Shown here one piece after another: positions 1-10,400 of a stretch of DNA of 64,000 nt. Made by a program: the position numbers and the translations under genes. The notes below the pieces were generated by a model. It was given only the letters and a program-made list of their open reading frames with translations, did no database searches and was not told where the DNA came from. Location of the stretch: positions 1 through 64,000 of the forward strand of contig CAVYGB010000009.1 in assembly GCA_963767925.1 (NCBI GenBank). The letters are read 5' to 3'. Source of the stretch: an uncultured delta proteobacterium. Lineage in GTDB: Bacteria > Myxococcota_A > Polyangia > Fen-1088. Within the stretch, counting starts at the first letter, position 1. Every line of letters begins with the position of its first letter.

Positions 1-4
1 CGAG

Positions 5-712
5 GTGCACGGCGATCGGGAGGGCACGCCGCTCGTGCTCCTCCATGGCTCCTTCATGGGGATCGAGACCACCTGGGCGCCGATCTTGCCCAGCCTCACG
101 GCCTCGCGGAAGGTCATCGCGATCGAGTTCCGGGGGCACGGGCACTCGACGGACACCAGCGATCCCTTCAGCTTCCCGGCGATGGCCGCGGACGTCGCGG
201 CCGTGCTGCGCCACCTGGACGTCAAGCAGGCGGACGTCCTCGGCTACAGCATGGGCGGCACCGTCGCGGCGGGCGTCGCCCTCCGCCACCCGGAGCTCGT
301 GCGCAAGCTCATCGTCGTGAGCGCGGCGTTCGAGACAGGCGGCTTCGACCCGGCGGCCTTCGAGCAGTTCAAGGCGCTGCCGGCCGACTTCGCGCCGAAG
401 CCCCTCACCGATGTGTACGAGAAGGTCGCGCCCGATCCGAAGCACTGGCCCGTCCTCGTGCAGAAGGTGAAGCAGATGGGAATCCAGTTCCCCGGCTGGC
501 CCGACAGGGAGCTGCGCACGTTGAAGGCCCCCCTCCTCATCGTGATGGGAGACCGCGATGGGTACCGCACCGAGCGCGCCGTGGCGATCTCCCGCCTCGT
601 CCCGAGCGGCCAGATCGGGGTGGTCCCCGGCGGCGACCACTTCTTTCTCTGGAGCCGCACCGACCTGCTCCTGCCGATGGTGACCACCTTCCTCGACGCC
701 CCCGGTTCGTGA
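5..712 (+). CDS. Alpha/beta fold hydrolase (probably 5'-truncated by window edge)
   Basis: LVLLHG motif, nucleophile elbow GYSMGG, GDRD acid, GGDH catalytic His. Confidence 0.9.
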   Translation: MHGDREGTPLVLLHGSFMGIETTWAPILPSLTASRKVIAIEFRGHGHSTDTSDPFSFPAMAADVAAVLRHLDVKQADVLGYSMGGTVAAGVALRHPELVRKLIVVSAAFETGGFDPAAFEQFKALPADFAPKPLTDVYEKVAPDPKHWPVLVQKVKQMGIQFPGWPDRELRTLKAPLLIVMGDRDGYRTERAVAISRLVPSGQIGVVPGGDHFFLWSRTDLLLPMVTTFLDAPGS

Positions 713-725
713 TCGTCCGGGCAGG

Positions 726-884
726 ATGTCCATTCTGCCCGCCCAGTGGCAGATCATACCCACCGTGCTCATGGATCTCATGAACGACCCGGATCCGATC
801 AAGAGCGGCCGCGTGGCGCAGGCCATGATGAAGATGCAGAAGATCGACATTGCGGGCCTGCGGCGGGCCTACGACAACGGCTGA
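726..884 (+). pseudogene. C-terminal fragment of a VOC/PhnB-like (3-demethylubiquinone-9 3-methyltransferase family) protein
   Basis: Manual translation WQIIPTVLMDLMNDPDPIKSGRVAQAMMKMQKIDIAGLRRAY* matches the typical family C-terminus; N-terminus absent. Confidence 0.65.
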
Positions 885-1069
885 CCAGATCGCGGGCGCC
901 AGCGCCCCGCTCGCGTTCTGCCGATGACCGGCGGGCCTATCAGCCAGGCCAGCCGGCTCGCGCAGCCCGCCGCACAACCCCTTCGGCCCGCCGCTGCTCG
1001 ATTGACCGGGGGGCCCGGCCGCTGAACCGCCTCCTGTCGGCAGGCCCTACGCCATGTTGGCGACACGCC

Positions 1070-1981
1070 TCAGAGGCCGGCGGCGTCGAGGATCGGCTTC
1101 TCGTAGGTGTCGTTCTCGCCGGGGAAGCGCAGGCCGGCGTGTCCCTTGGCCTTGGCCAGGCCCCAGATCACGCTCTGGCCGGCGGGAAGGATGCGCGGTT
1201 CCTCCCGGTGCACGGGATCCTGGAAGGCGGCGGCGGGGGCGATCACCTTCCAGTTGCGGTCGCGGTACATCCGGATCACGTCGGGCAGGAAGGCTGCGTT
1301 GATCTCGTTGGTGTGCAGGAGCAGCGTGTGTTTCACGCTGCGGCCGAGGACCTTCCGGGCGAGGCCGTCGTAATACATCGTCCGGTCCCACAGGTGCGCG
1401 AGGTAGGCGGCGCGGAACGGGGCGGGATCGGCCCCCGGGTGGCGCTTCTGCCAGGCGCGAAAGCGCATGCTGTAGTACCAGTCGCTGGCGTCGATGGTGA
1501 CGGGCCCGTGGCGGTAGCCGCGCTCGCGCAGGAAGGCCCGGAAGCCGTCGCGCTTGCCGGCGGTCTCACCCTCGTGCAGGAAGGGGTAACGGAACAGGCG
1601 GGTGAACCCGGGCAGCTCGCGCAGCAGGGCCTCGTTGCGGAGCACGTCGGCCTGGAAGTCGGCCAAGGTGGTGGCGGCTTTGCCCAGGCTGCGGTGCGAG
1701 TAGGAGTGGTTCGCGACCAGGTGGCCGGCGGCCCCCCAGCGGCGGACCTGGGCCAGCCCCCGCGGCGGGTCCACGTGCCCCCCCGCCACGAACAGCACGC
1801 TCCGGACCTTCGCCTCCGCGAGCGCCCTCAGGATCCCGGTGTTGATCGGCTCGGAGTCGGTGGCGTCGTCGAAGGTGAGAGCCACCTCGGGTGACGGTTC
1901 GGCAGGAGCCCCCGCGGCGGCGGTGGTCAGCAGCGCCCAGGCGGCGGCGCAGGCGAGAGCGGTCGAGATGCGTGGTCGCAT
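1070..1981 (-). CDS. Secreted polysaccharide deacetylase (CE4/NodB family)
   Basis: Signal peptide MRPRISTALACAAAWALL, ALTFDD, NHSYSH and FRYPF motifs. Confidence 0.9.
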   Translation of the reverse strand: MRPRISTALACAAAWALLTTAAAGAPAEPSPEVALTFDDATDSEPINTGILRALAEAKVRSVLFVAGGHVDPPRGLAQVRRWGAAGHLVANHSYSHRSLGKAATTLADFQADVLRNEALLRELPGFTRLFRYPFLHEGETAGKRDGFRAFLRERGYRHGPVTIDASDWYYSMRFRAWQKRHPGADPAPFRAAYLAHLWDRTMYYDGLARKVLGRSVKHTLLLHTNEINAAFLPDVIRMYRDRNWKVIAPAAAFQDPVHREEPRILPAGQSVIWGLAKAKGHAGLRFPGENDTYEKPILDAAGL

Positions 1982-2109
1982 GTCCCCTCCAGCCCCGAGC
2001 TTAGACGATCGGGAGCCCGGAAGCGCCACCACGTCCACGCCGAGGGCAGTGAGTACAAGGTTGGTTTTTCGCTCGCGTCAAGAATCGTTCGATAGCCCAC
2101 TTCGGTCAC

Positions 2110-2821
2110 GTGATCGATCGGAAACTGGCCTGGATCGAGGGGGTCACCAGGGGCAAGACACCCACTCCGCTACCGGTGGTGCTCACCAGATCCGAGGGAC
2201 ACGCGGTTCTTTCGCAGATGTCCGGACCTCCGGCCCTGGTCAGCGCGTTGCTTTACGGAAGCGGCCTCCGGCTGTTCGAAGCGCTCGAGCTGAGGGCCAA
2301 GGACCTCGATCTGGAAAAACACGAAGTCCTCGTGCGCGACGGTAAGGGCCGCAAGGACCGGCGGACCATGCTGCCCACGAGGTCGGTACCGGCGCTGCGC
2401 GAGCACCTGGCCACCATTCAGCTCCAGCACGCCGCCGACCTGGAGGCCGGCACCGGCACCGTCGCCCTTCCCGACGCGCTAGCGATCAAGTACCCGTCCG
2501 CACCCCGCGAATGGCGCTGGCAGTGGGTCTTCCCTGCAACCCGACACTACCGCGACCGCCTCACCGGCGCAGTCCGCCGTCATCACCTCCACGACACCGT
2601 GATCCAGCGAGCCGTCCGCGCCGCCGCCGCCCGTGCCAGGATCACCAAGCCCGTCCCCCCACACCTTCCGCCACAGCCTCGCCACCCACCTCCTGGAAGA
2701 CGGCTACGACATCCGAACGATCCAGGAGCTCCTCGGCCATCAAGACGTGACCACCACCATGATCTACACCCACGTCCTCAACCGCGGCCCCGCCGGCGTC
2801 CGCAGCCCCCTCGACCGCTGA
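2110..2821 (+). pseudogene. intI: Integron integrase IntI, N-terminally truncated, with a frameshift near 2655-2660
   Basis: LPVVLT, LLYGSGLR, VRDGKGRKDR, integron-specific insert ALPDALAIKYP..W.WQWVFPA..RRHH; continues in another frame as [51 protein letters not shown]. Confidence 0.92.
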
Positions 2822-2989
2822 CCATCGCCCCAACGCGGCCCTCGCAACCTTCTCCCGATCCCGTTATCAAATTATCCATCGCTGGGCAGCACCCCATCCA
2901 GCCGCCTCCCCCCGAGAAGAGCCAAGGAAATCCCACGACTTGCTCCTCGTGCCCACACCGCGCTCGCTCCCGTCGACAGACAGGACCAT

Positions 2990-3022
2990 GGCCGCGTAAC
3001 GATCTACAATTCAAAGTTAGCC
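2990..3022 (+). other. Putative attI-like core site (GTTAGCC at 3016-3022) before the first cassette
   Basis: GTTRRRY-like heptamer 22 bp upstream of the first cassette ORF and downstream of intI. Confidence 0.45.
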
Positions 3023-3044
3023 GCACGAGCTTGAGATTCCGAAC

Positions 3045-3318
3045 ATGCGATTCGAGTGGGACCCGAAGAAGGCCAAGAAGAATCTCGAGAAGCACGGAGT
3101 CTCGTTCGAGGAGGCTGCGACGGCGTTTGGCGATCCCCAGTCGCTTGCCGACTACGATCCCGACCACTCGGACGAAGAGGATCGATTCGTCCTTCTCGGA
3201 GCTACCCATGCCGGCCGCTTGGTGGTCGTCGCTCACACCGACCGAGGTGAGACCGTCAGACCCATCAGTGCTAAGACTTGCCACGAAGCGCGAGCGGAGG
3301 TCGTATGCCAGCGGCTAA
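3045..3318 (+). CDS. brnT: BrnT family toxin (gene cassette; 1-nt frameshift near 3273)
   Basis: MRFEWDPKKAKKNLEKHGVSFEEA...EDRFVLLG...ISAR(L)ATKRERRSY. Confidence 0.9.
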
Positions 3319-3547
3319 AAAACCCAAGAACCGCGACGATGGTGACGAGATGAGAGCGGAGTATGACTTCTCGAAGGCCGTGCGCGGCAAGTACGCCGCA
3401 AGGTTCACCCAAGGATCGAACGTCGTGGTACTAGCGCCCGACGTGGCCGAAGTCTTCAAGACTGCGAAAGCGGTGAACGACGCGCTGCGCTCTCAACTCC
3501 GTAGGAAGCCGCCCGCGAAACGGAAGCGGCGGCTAACCAGCCGTTGA
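3305..3547 (+). CDS. brnA: BrnA-type antitoxin; stop codon lies inside attC
   Basis: DEMRAEYDFSKAVRGKYA...VVLAPDVAEVFKTAKAVNDALR; overlaps the brnT end. Confidence 0.8.
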   Translation: MPAAKKPKNRDDGDEMRAEYDFSKAVRGKYAARFTQGSNVVVLAPDVAEVFKTAKAVNDALRSQLRRKPPAKRKRRLTSR

Positions 3548-3615
3548 AGCTGACGAACGCCTCCCTCCCTTAGGCCGGTCGGCTGTTCGCAGCTTTAACC
3601 GCAAGGTCGTTGGAC
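3531..3615 (+). other. attC site (integron cassette recombination site)
   Basis: Inverse core GGCTAAC (3531) to core GTTGGAC (3609-3615), with internal imperfect palindrome AAGCTGACGAAC...GTTCGCAGCTT. Confidence 0.85.
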
Positions 3616-3633
3616 GGACCGGAAGCTCCGCGT

Positions 3634-4020
3634 ATGGAGAACATCTACCTTGGCTACGACCCTGGTGGCGGCGGAGCGCACGGCGTCGCTCGTATCTCGG
3701 GCTCGGAGCTATCCTCCGCGGTTGTGGATACCACAGAAGCCGCATTGCAATGGTTTCGCGTCGCCTGTGAGAACGCCAAGCCACGGGCGCTCGGCGTGGA
3801 TACGCTAACGTTGTGGAGCACGGGGCCCTCTGGATGGCGTCCCGCCGACCGCGCCCTCCGGGCCGCCTATCCCGAGGTAGCAGGTTCCGTCGTGGCACCC
3901 AACTCACTCTTTGGCGCCATGCCGCTGAACGGCGCTATCGCAGCGGCACTTCTCCTGGTGATTTACCCGAATCTCCTCGCCATGTGCGGTCCGTGCAGCG
4001 GTTACGATGTAAGGTACTGA
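3634..4020 (+). pseudogene. DUF429-like (predicted RNase H-fold nuclease) cassette, apparently 3'-truncated
   Basis: YLGYDPGG, ALGVDTLTLWSTGPSGWRPADRALR, VVAPNSL; the C-terminus looks aberrant and no clear attC follows. Confidence 0.55.
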
Positions 4021-4064
4021 GGACGTCATTGGCAGGTCGGCTCGGCTCGGCTTTTACACCGGCC

Positions 4065-4092
4065 TTGCAAAGTCTATACGTTCATATATACT
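4065..4092 (+). promoter_or_regulatory. Putative sigma70 promoter and operator palindrome of vapBC
   Basis: TTGCAA (4065) N16 TATACT (4087); AGTCTATA-cgttca-TATATACT inverted repeat overlapping it. Confidence 0.55.
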
Positions 4093-4098
4093 TTGCAG

Positions 4099-4344
4099 GT
4101 GGCTGAGCGAGCGAAGATTTTTCAGAACGGTGGCAGCCAGGCGGTGCGCCTTCCAAAGTCATGTCGCTTCGACGATGGCCAGGAAGAGGTGATCGTTCGA
4201 CGGGTTGGCAAGAAGGTCATACTCGAGCCCGCCGATACGTGGTCGGAGGAGTTCTTGGAGTGCCTGGGCGCATGGCGAGAGGACATCCCACGGCCGGCTC
4301 AAAGCCCGATCGGAGGCAAGAAGAACCCCCTCGATCGATCATGA
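4099..4344 (+). CDS. vapB: VapB/VagC antitoxin (AbrB/MazE fold)
   Basis: AKIFQNGGSQAVRLPKSCRF...EVIVRRVGKKVILEP. Confidence 0.9.
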   Translation: MAERAKIFQNGGSQAVRLPKSCRFDDGQEEVIVRRVGKKVILEPADTWSEEFLECLGAWREDIPRPAQSPIGGKKNPLDRS

Positions 4345-4733
4345 GGTATCTCCTCGATACAGACAGTGTGAGCTACGCCCTGCGTGGCCAGGGCGACGTT
4401 GCCTCTAGGATCAAGAGCCAGCGGCCCTCCGAGCTCTGCGTGAGCGCTATAACCGTCGCGGAGCTGCGGTTCGGCGCGGACCGAAAGGGATCGAAGAAAT
4501 TGCACGGCCTCATCGACGCCTTTGCGTCGGCCATCGAGGTGGCGCCCTTTGACGAAGAGGCAGCCGGTGAATTCGGCAAGATCGGTCATCTGCTAGGTGA
4601 AAGAGGGACGCCGATCGGGGACTTTGATGTCCTCATCGCCGCACACGCGGTGGCCCTCAGATGCACGCTTGTCACGAACAACACGCGCCACTTCGCGAAG
4701 GTGCCTGGGTTGTCCCTGGAGAATTGGCTGTGA
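4341..4733 (+). CDS. vapC: VapC PIN-domain toxin
   Basis: MRYLLDTD, SAITVAELRFG, GTPIGDFDVLIAAHA, LVTNNTRHF; ATGA overlap with vapB. Confidence 0.95.
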   Translation: MRYLLDTDSVSYALRGQGDVASRIKSQRPSELCVSAITVAELRFGADRKGSKKLHGLIDAFASAIEVAPFDEEAAGEFGKIGHLLGERGTPIGDFDVLIAAHAVALRCTLVTNNTRHFAKVPGLSLENWL

Positions 4734-4740
4734 ATGCGCC

Positions 4741-4815
4741 GCCCAACCCGGCATCGAAGCTGCCGAACGCCTCAGTCGCTTCGCTCCTTCGTGCATTCGC
4801 AGCTCAATGCCAAGG
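4741..4815 (+). other. Second attC site with its right end disrupted
   Basis: GCCCAAC then GAAGCTGCCGAACGCCT...TTCGCAGCT, similar to attC 3531-3615; no proper GTTRRRY at the expected position. Confidence 0.7.
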
Positions 4816-4868
4816 ATCCCGCTGTTGATCGGCTCGCCCCCCTGGGCGTGGACGTGGTGGCGCTTCCG

Positions 4869-5016
4869 TTCACCGCCCTCACCGTCGGCGCCCGCTCGCA
4901 GAATGCCCCCGAGTCCGACTTCTACGCCGGCCGCATCGACGACATCATCATCTACGAGCGGGCCCTGTCAGCCGCCGAGGTGCGCCTGCTGTCCGAGGGC
5001 AAGTCGCCCTGGCAGC
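4869..5016 (+). pseudogene. LamG-like jellyroll domain C-terminal fragment
   Basis: LTVGARSQ...FYAGRIDDIIIYERALSAAEVRLL signature. Confidence 0.6.
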
Positions 5017-5018
5017 CC

Positions 5019-5693
5019 CTACTGCTCGGGTCCTCGCCGGTAGTTGAGCAGGCCAGTCGGCAGAGGCTGATCGACGGCCGCCCCCTGGAGATCGGGCAGC
5101 GCCGGCCCGGCGGGCAGGAGCCGCAAGGGCAGGTGCCCCGCCCAGCACGGCACCAGGAGATCGTCCTCGTCGTCGAGGGGCCCGCCGGTGCGCAGCTTGG
5201 CCGAGCCCTCGACGATGGGCAGGGCCACCAGCCTGGTGGCGGCCAGTTCCTTGGGGTTGGGGGCTCGCGCCACGGCGGCGCGACCGGGGAGCACGTGCTC
5301 CAGCAAGGCCTCCATGGCCGCCCGGCGCTGACCATCGTCCGTGAGCTCCCGGGCCTGTCCCAGGATCACCGCCGAGCGGTAGTTCATCGAGTGGTGGAAG
5401 GCCGAGCGCGCCAGCACCAGACCGTCCACCAGGGTAACGGTCAGGCACAGGGGCGCGCCCGCGGCGGCCAGGGTCATGGCCCGGCTGGCCCGCGCCCCGT
5501 GCAGCACCACCAGATCACCCAGGCGGGCGTAGGCCATGGGCATCACGAAGGGCTGGGCCTGGTCGCCGCCGGCAAAGCCGACGTGGGCCACCAGCCCTTC
5601 ATCCAGGATGGCGTTGATGGTGGCCCGGTCGTGGCTGCCCCGGGCCGGTACCCGGTGCAGGCGGGTGCGGGGGGTGACGTCGAGGTCGCTCAT
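5019..5693 (-). CDS. Pyridoxamine 5'-phosphate oxidase-like (NimA-type) flavin-binding protein
   Basis: RGSHDRATINAILDEGLVAHVGF, LVDGLVLARSAFHHSMNYRSAV; divergent from a MocR regulator. Confidence 0.9.
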   Translation of the reverse strand: MSDLDVTPRTRLHRVPARGSHDRATINAILDEGLVAHVGFAGGDQAQPFVMPMAYARLGDLVVLHGARASRAMTLAAAGAPLCLTVTLVDGLVLARSAFHHSMNYRSAVILGQARELTDDGQRRAAMEALLEHVLPGRAAVARAPNPKELAATRLVALPIVEGSAKLRTGGPLDDEDDLLVPCWAGHLPLRLLPAGPALPDLQGAAVDQPLPTGLLNYRRGPEQ

Positions 5694-5718
5694 GTCCTGC
5701 AGGCTGCGGCAACAATGG

Positions 5719-5737
5719 ACTGGCAAGAAGATCCAGT
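5719..5737. promoter_or_regulatory. Possible MocR-family operator (ACTGG-N9-CCAGT)
   Basis: Inverted repeat in the 66-bp divergent intergenic region. Confidence 0.4.
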
Positions 5738-5759
5738 TCGACGAAAATGCACATACCAG

Positions 5760-7343
5760 ATGCCCGCCCCTTCCCTGCCCCCCGCCATCACCCTGGACCC
5801 CGCCGGCAGCGGGCCGCTGTTCGTGCGCATCGCCCAGGCCATCGCCCGGGACATCTCCCGCGGCCGGCTGCGCCCCGGAGACCGCCTGCCCGGCACGCGC
5901 ACCCTGGCCACCGACCTGCGGGTCCACCGCAGCACGGTGGTGGCGGCGTACCAGGATCTGGCGGCCCAGGGGTGGACGGTCAGCCGCCCGGCGGGCGCCA
6001 CCCTGGTGGCTCCGACCTCGCCAGAGGCCGATCTACCTGGTACCGGCGCCGGCCGCCGCCGGCGGGGCGGGGGGCTGGCCGCTGCCCCCGGCTTCCCGGT
6101 GCCCGCCTCGTCGGTGCCGGCGCTGCTGCGTCCACCGGCGATGCCTCCCGCTTCGCGCGACGCCTTGCCCCTGTGGGGTGGGGTGCCGGACATCCGCCTC
6201 TGCCCCACCGACCTGCTGGGGCGCGCCCTGCGGCGGGCGGTCCGCCAGCCGGGAGGGGCTCTTCTGCAGTACGCCAGCGATCGCCGCGGTCATGCGCCGC
6301 TGCGGGCGCGGCTGGCGGCGATGATGGCGGCGGTGCGCGGGATCCCCTGCACCGCCGACGATGTGCTGGTCACCCAGGGCAGTCAGATGGCGCTCGATCT
6401 CATCGGGCGCTGTCTGCTGGGACCGGGCGACGCGGTGGCGGTGGAGGCGGTGGGCTATCGCCCGGCCTGGGCGGCGCTGGTCGGCCGGGGGGCGCGCCTG
6501 TTGCCCGTCCCCCTCGACGACGAGGGGCTGGACGTCGACCGCCTGGCGGCGCTGGCGGCCACCGCCCCCGACCTGCGCGCCATCTACCTCACTCCGCAGC
6601 ACCACTACCCCACCACGGTGGTGCTCTCGCCCCGGCGGCGGGCGGCGCTGCTGGCCCTGGCCCGCCAGCGGCGTCTCTGCATCATCGAGGACGACTACGA
6701 CCACGAGTTTCACTACGAGGGCCGCCCCTCGCTTCCCCTCATCAGCGGCGACGAGGAGGGACGGGTGCTGTACGTGGGCAGCCTGGCCAAGATCCTGGCC
6801 CCCGGTCTGCGCATCGGCTTCGTGGTGGGCCCGCGCGAGATGATCGACCGGCTGGCTGACGAGCGGGCGCTGCTGGATCGCCACGGCCCGCCGATGCTGG
6901 AGGCGGCGGTGGCCGATCTCCTGGAGGAAGGGGAGGTGGCCCGTCATGCACGGCGGGTGCGGCGGATCTTTCACCGGCGCCGGGACGTGCTGTGCGCGGC
7001 CCTGGCCCGCCACCTGCCACAGGCCCTCAGCTTCCGTATCCCACCAGGGGGGATGGCTCTGTGGGCGCGGGTGGCCAGGGGCATCGACGGCCTGGCCTGG
7101 CATCGCCAGGCGGCTGCTATCGCCGCAGCTCTTCGGCTGAATCGCCCACATTCCCTTCGCCTTCTATTCCCCCGCCGCTGGGGCGCAGCCCTGCCCTCAG
7201 TCGCCCATTGCGTGGGCCCCAGTCCGAAAAACCGGGCACGGGAACGGGAACGGGAACGGGAACGGGAACGGGAACGATCGGGAACACGGCGCCGGTGGCC
7301 GCGCGACCGCCAGCGTTGCCGCCTGATGAATAATCCCGCCTAG
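5760..7343 (+). CDS. GntR/MocR family PLP-dependent regulator (native C-terminus appears lost after ~7110)
   Basis: wHTH GRLRPGDRLPGTRTLA, VTQGSQMAL, YLTPQHHYPT, IIEDDYDHEF, GSLAKILAPGLRIG; the tail runs into an (ER)n repeat. Confidence 0.85.
   Translation: MPAPSLPPAITLDPAGSGPLFVRIAQAIARDISRGRLRPGDRLPGTRTLATDLRVHRSTVVAAYQDLAAQGWTVSRPAGATLVAPTSPEADLPGTGAGRRRRGGGLAAAPGFPVPASSVPALLRPPAMPPASRDALPLWGGVPDIRLCPTDLLGRALRRAVRQPGGALLQYASDRRGHAPLRARLAAMMAAVRGIPCTADDVLVTQGSQMALDLIGRCLLGPGDAVAVEAVGYRPAWAALVGRGARLLPVPLDDEGLDVDRLAALAATAPDLRAIYLTPQHHYPTTVVLSPRRRAALLALARQRRLCIIEDDYDHEFHYEGRPSLPLISGDEEGRVLYVGSLAKILAPGLRIGFVVGPREMIDRLADERALLDRHGPPMLEAAVADLLEEGEVARHARRVRRIFHRRRDVLCAALARHLPQALSFRIPPGGMALWARVARGIDGLAWHRQAAAIAAALRLNRPHSLRLLFPRRWGAALPSVAHCVGPSPKNRARERERERERERERSGTRRRWPRDRQRCRLMNNPA
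7241..7277 (+). repeat. (GGAACG)n hexamer microsatellite
   Basis: About six tandem GGAACG units; related imperfect tract at 47156-47197. Confidence 0.85.
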
Positions 7344-7407
7344 AAGGTGCCCGGCACGGTGGGGGAGGGGGAACGCGTCGGCGGGGGCATGGCGGAGGTT
7401 GGAACCT

Positions 7408-10400
7408 TCACCAGCCGCTTACGCTCGCTGCGGTGATCCTTCGCGACCAGCACGTAGACCGAGGGGACCACGAACAGCGTGAAGAGCGTGCCGATGGCCA
7501 TGCCGCCCACCAGGACGATGCCGATCGAGTTGCGCGCCGCCGCGCCCGGGCCGGTCGACCAGCGTGAGCGGGAAGTGCCCGGCGACGGTGGCGATGGTGG
7601 TCATCAGGATGGGGCGCAGCCGGGTCTCGGCCGCGCGCCTGCACGGCCTCGACCTTGCGACAGCCCCGCGGTCCTGCTGCGGCGTTGGCGAACTCGACGA
7701 TCAGGATGCCGTTCTTGGCGATGAGGCCGACCAGCGTGACCAGCCCGACCTGCGAGTAGATGTTGAGCGTGGTGGTCCAGCCCTCGGTGAGCCCGAATGT
7801 CATGCCGGGCGGCCCGGCGAACTTCAGGAAGGTGAAGATCAGCGCGCCGAACATCGCCAGCGGCACCGAGCCGGCCAGGACCACGAAGGGATCGCGGAAC
7901 GAGTTGAACTGCGCGGCCAGCACCAGGAAGATGAGCAGGATCGCCAGGCCCATCGCGGGCAGGAACTTGCCGCCCTCCTGGCGCAGCTGGCGCGACTCGC
8001 CGGTGTAGTCGATGCGGCTAGCCGGGCGGCAGCACTTCTCGGCCGCGCGTCTCGAGCACCTGCAGGCCCTCGTCGAGCGACTGCGGGCGCCACGCCGGAG
8101 ATCTTGACGGCGTTGAGCTGCTGGAAGCGGTTGAGCGTGCGCGGCTCGACGCCGGTCGCGCAGCGTGGCGATCGACGACAGCGGGATCAGCGTGCCGCCC
8201 GGGCCGGTGACGTGGATCTCGCGCGAGCTGCTCGGGGTGAGGCGGCCGGCGCGCTCGACCTGCGCGATCACCTTGTAGCTGCGGCCGTCGATGTTGAAGC
8301 GGTTGACGAAGTTGCCGCCCAGCATCGAGGCCAGGTCGGCGCCGACCTGCTGCATGCTGAGCCCCATCGACGCGATCTTGTCGCGGTCGAAGACGATCTC
8401 GCGTCTTGCGCCTGATCGATGCGCACGTCGGTGACGGGCGGGAACGCGAACTGACCGCTCTTGATCGCCTCGCCGACGATCTGGTCGGCGACCCGCACCA
8501 GCTCCTCGTGGCTGCCGGTCGAGGCGATGACGAACTCGACCGGGAAGAGGCCCGCGCTGGGCAGCGCCGGGGGCAAGAACACGGGCGCGCGCACGCCGGT
8601 GATGCCGCATCAGCTTGCCGAACACCTCCTGCTGGATGGCGAAGATGTCTGCGCGTCGCGCTCGTTCCAGGGCTTGACGATCATGCCCGCCGAAGCCGCG
8701 CGCTCGGGAACGTGATCTGGAAGCTGTGGCCGAACTCGGGCGTCGACTGGAAGACGTCGGAGACCTGCTTCGGTGAACGGGGTGAGCTGCTCCAGCGTGG
8801 CGTTGGCCGGCACGTCGATCGCGCCGAACACCACGCCCTGGTCCTCGGTCGGCGCCAGCTCCTTGGCCGAGAACATGTACATCGGGACGACCAGCAGCGA
8901 CGAGCACGACCCAGACCGCGTAGACCGCGGGCCGATTGGCGCAGCGTCGCTGTCCAGCATGCGCGCGTAGCGCGCGCCTGATCCGCGTCGAAGGTCGCGG
9001 TCGACCCGCGCGGTGAAGCGGCCCGTGCGCGTGCTCGGCCGGAGCAGCACGCGACGCCATCATCGGCGAGAGCGTGAGCGCCACGATGCCCGAGATGAGC
9101 ACCGCGCCCGCCAGCGTGAAGGCGAACTCGCGGAACAGCGCGCCGGTGAGACCGCCCTGAAAGCCGATCGGCGCGTACACCGCGGCCAGCGTGATGGTCA
9201 TGGCGATGATCGGCCCGACCAGCTCGCGCGCGCCGAGCAGCGCGGCCTCGAGCGCGGTCTTGCCCTCGCGGATGTGGCGCTCGACGTTCTCGACCACGAC
9301 GATGGCGTCGTCGACCACCAGGCCGACCGAGAGCACGATGGCCAGCAGCGTGAGCAGGTTCAGCGTGAAGCCGAAGACCTGCATCAGGAAGATGGCGCCG
9401 ATCAGCGAGACCGGGATGGCGACCACCGGCACCAGCACCGTCGCGCAGCGACCCCAGGAACAGGAAGATGACGACGATGACGATGAGGACCGTCTCGATC
9501 AGCGTCTCGCGCACCTCGTGGATGGCGTTGTCGATGTACTTGGTCGAGTCGAAGGCGACGTGCGCCGTCGAGGCCGCGTCGGCAGCTCGCGCCTTGATCT
9601 TGTCCATCTCGGCGCGCACCCGGCCGATGACGTCGAGCGAGTTGGCGTTGGGCAGCACCCAGACGCCCATGAAGACCGCGCGCTTGCCGGACATGCGCAC
9701 GTCCTGCTCGTAGTTGTCGGCGCCCAGCACCACGTCGGCCACGTCCTCCAGCCGCACCAGCGCGCCGCCCTCCTGCGCGGATGACCAGCCGCTGGAACTC
9801 CTCGACCGATTCGAGGTCGGTGGTGGCCGTGAGGTTGAGCTGCACGAAGGTGCCCTTGGTCTGCCCGACCGCCGACAGGTAGTTGTTGGCCGCCAGCGCC
9901 TGCCGCACCTGGGTCGGGCTGACGTTCAGCGCCGCCATGCGGTCCGGCTTCAGCCAGGCGCGCAGGGCGAAGGTGCGCCCGCCCAGGATGTCGGCGCGCT
10001 GCACGCCCGTCGATCGCCGACAGGCGCGGCTGCACGACGCGGATCAGGTAGTCGGTGACCTGGTTCTCCTCGAGGATCTTCGAGCTCGAAGCTCAGGTAC
10101 ATCGCCGCGAACTGCGCGTCCGAGGGCTCGATGGCGATGGCCGGGACCTCGGCCTCGGGCGGCAGATCGCCGCGCACCTGGTTCACGCGCGCGCTGATGT
10201 CGGCCAGCGCCCGGGCGGCGTCGAAGTTCAGCTCGAGGCGGACGTTGATGGTCGACAGGCCCTGGTCGCTCTGCGACTCGATGTAGTCGATGCCGTCGGC
10301 GGCCGCGATCGAGCGCTCGAGCGGGGTGGTGATGAAGCCGCGCACCAGGTCGGCGTTGGCGCCCACGTAGGGCGTGCGGACGGTGACGGTCGCGCTCTCC

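Noticed and set aside
4734..7343. 869-aa LamG-MocR fusion ORF
   Set aside because: Chance read-through across attC, a LamG fragment and the antisense of the PNPOx-like gene; the real MocR start is near 5760.
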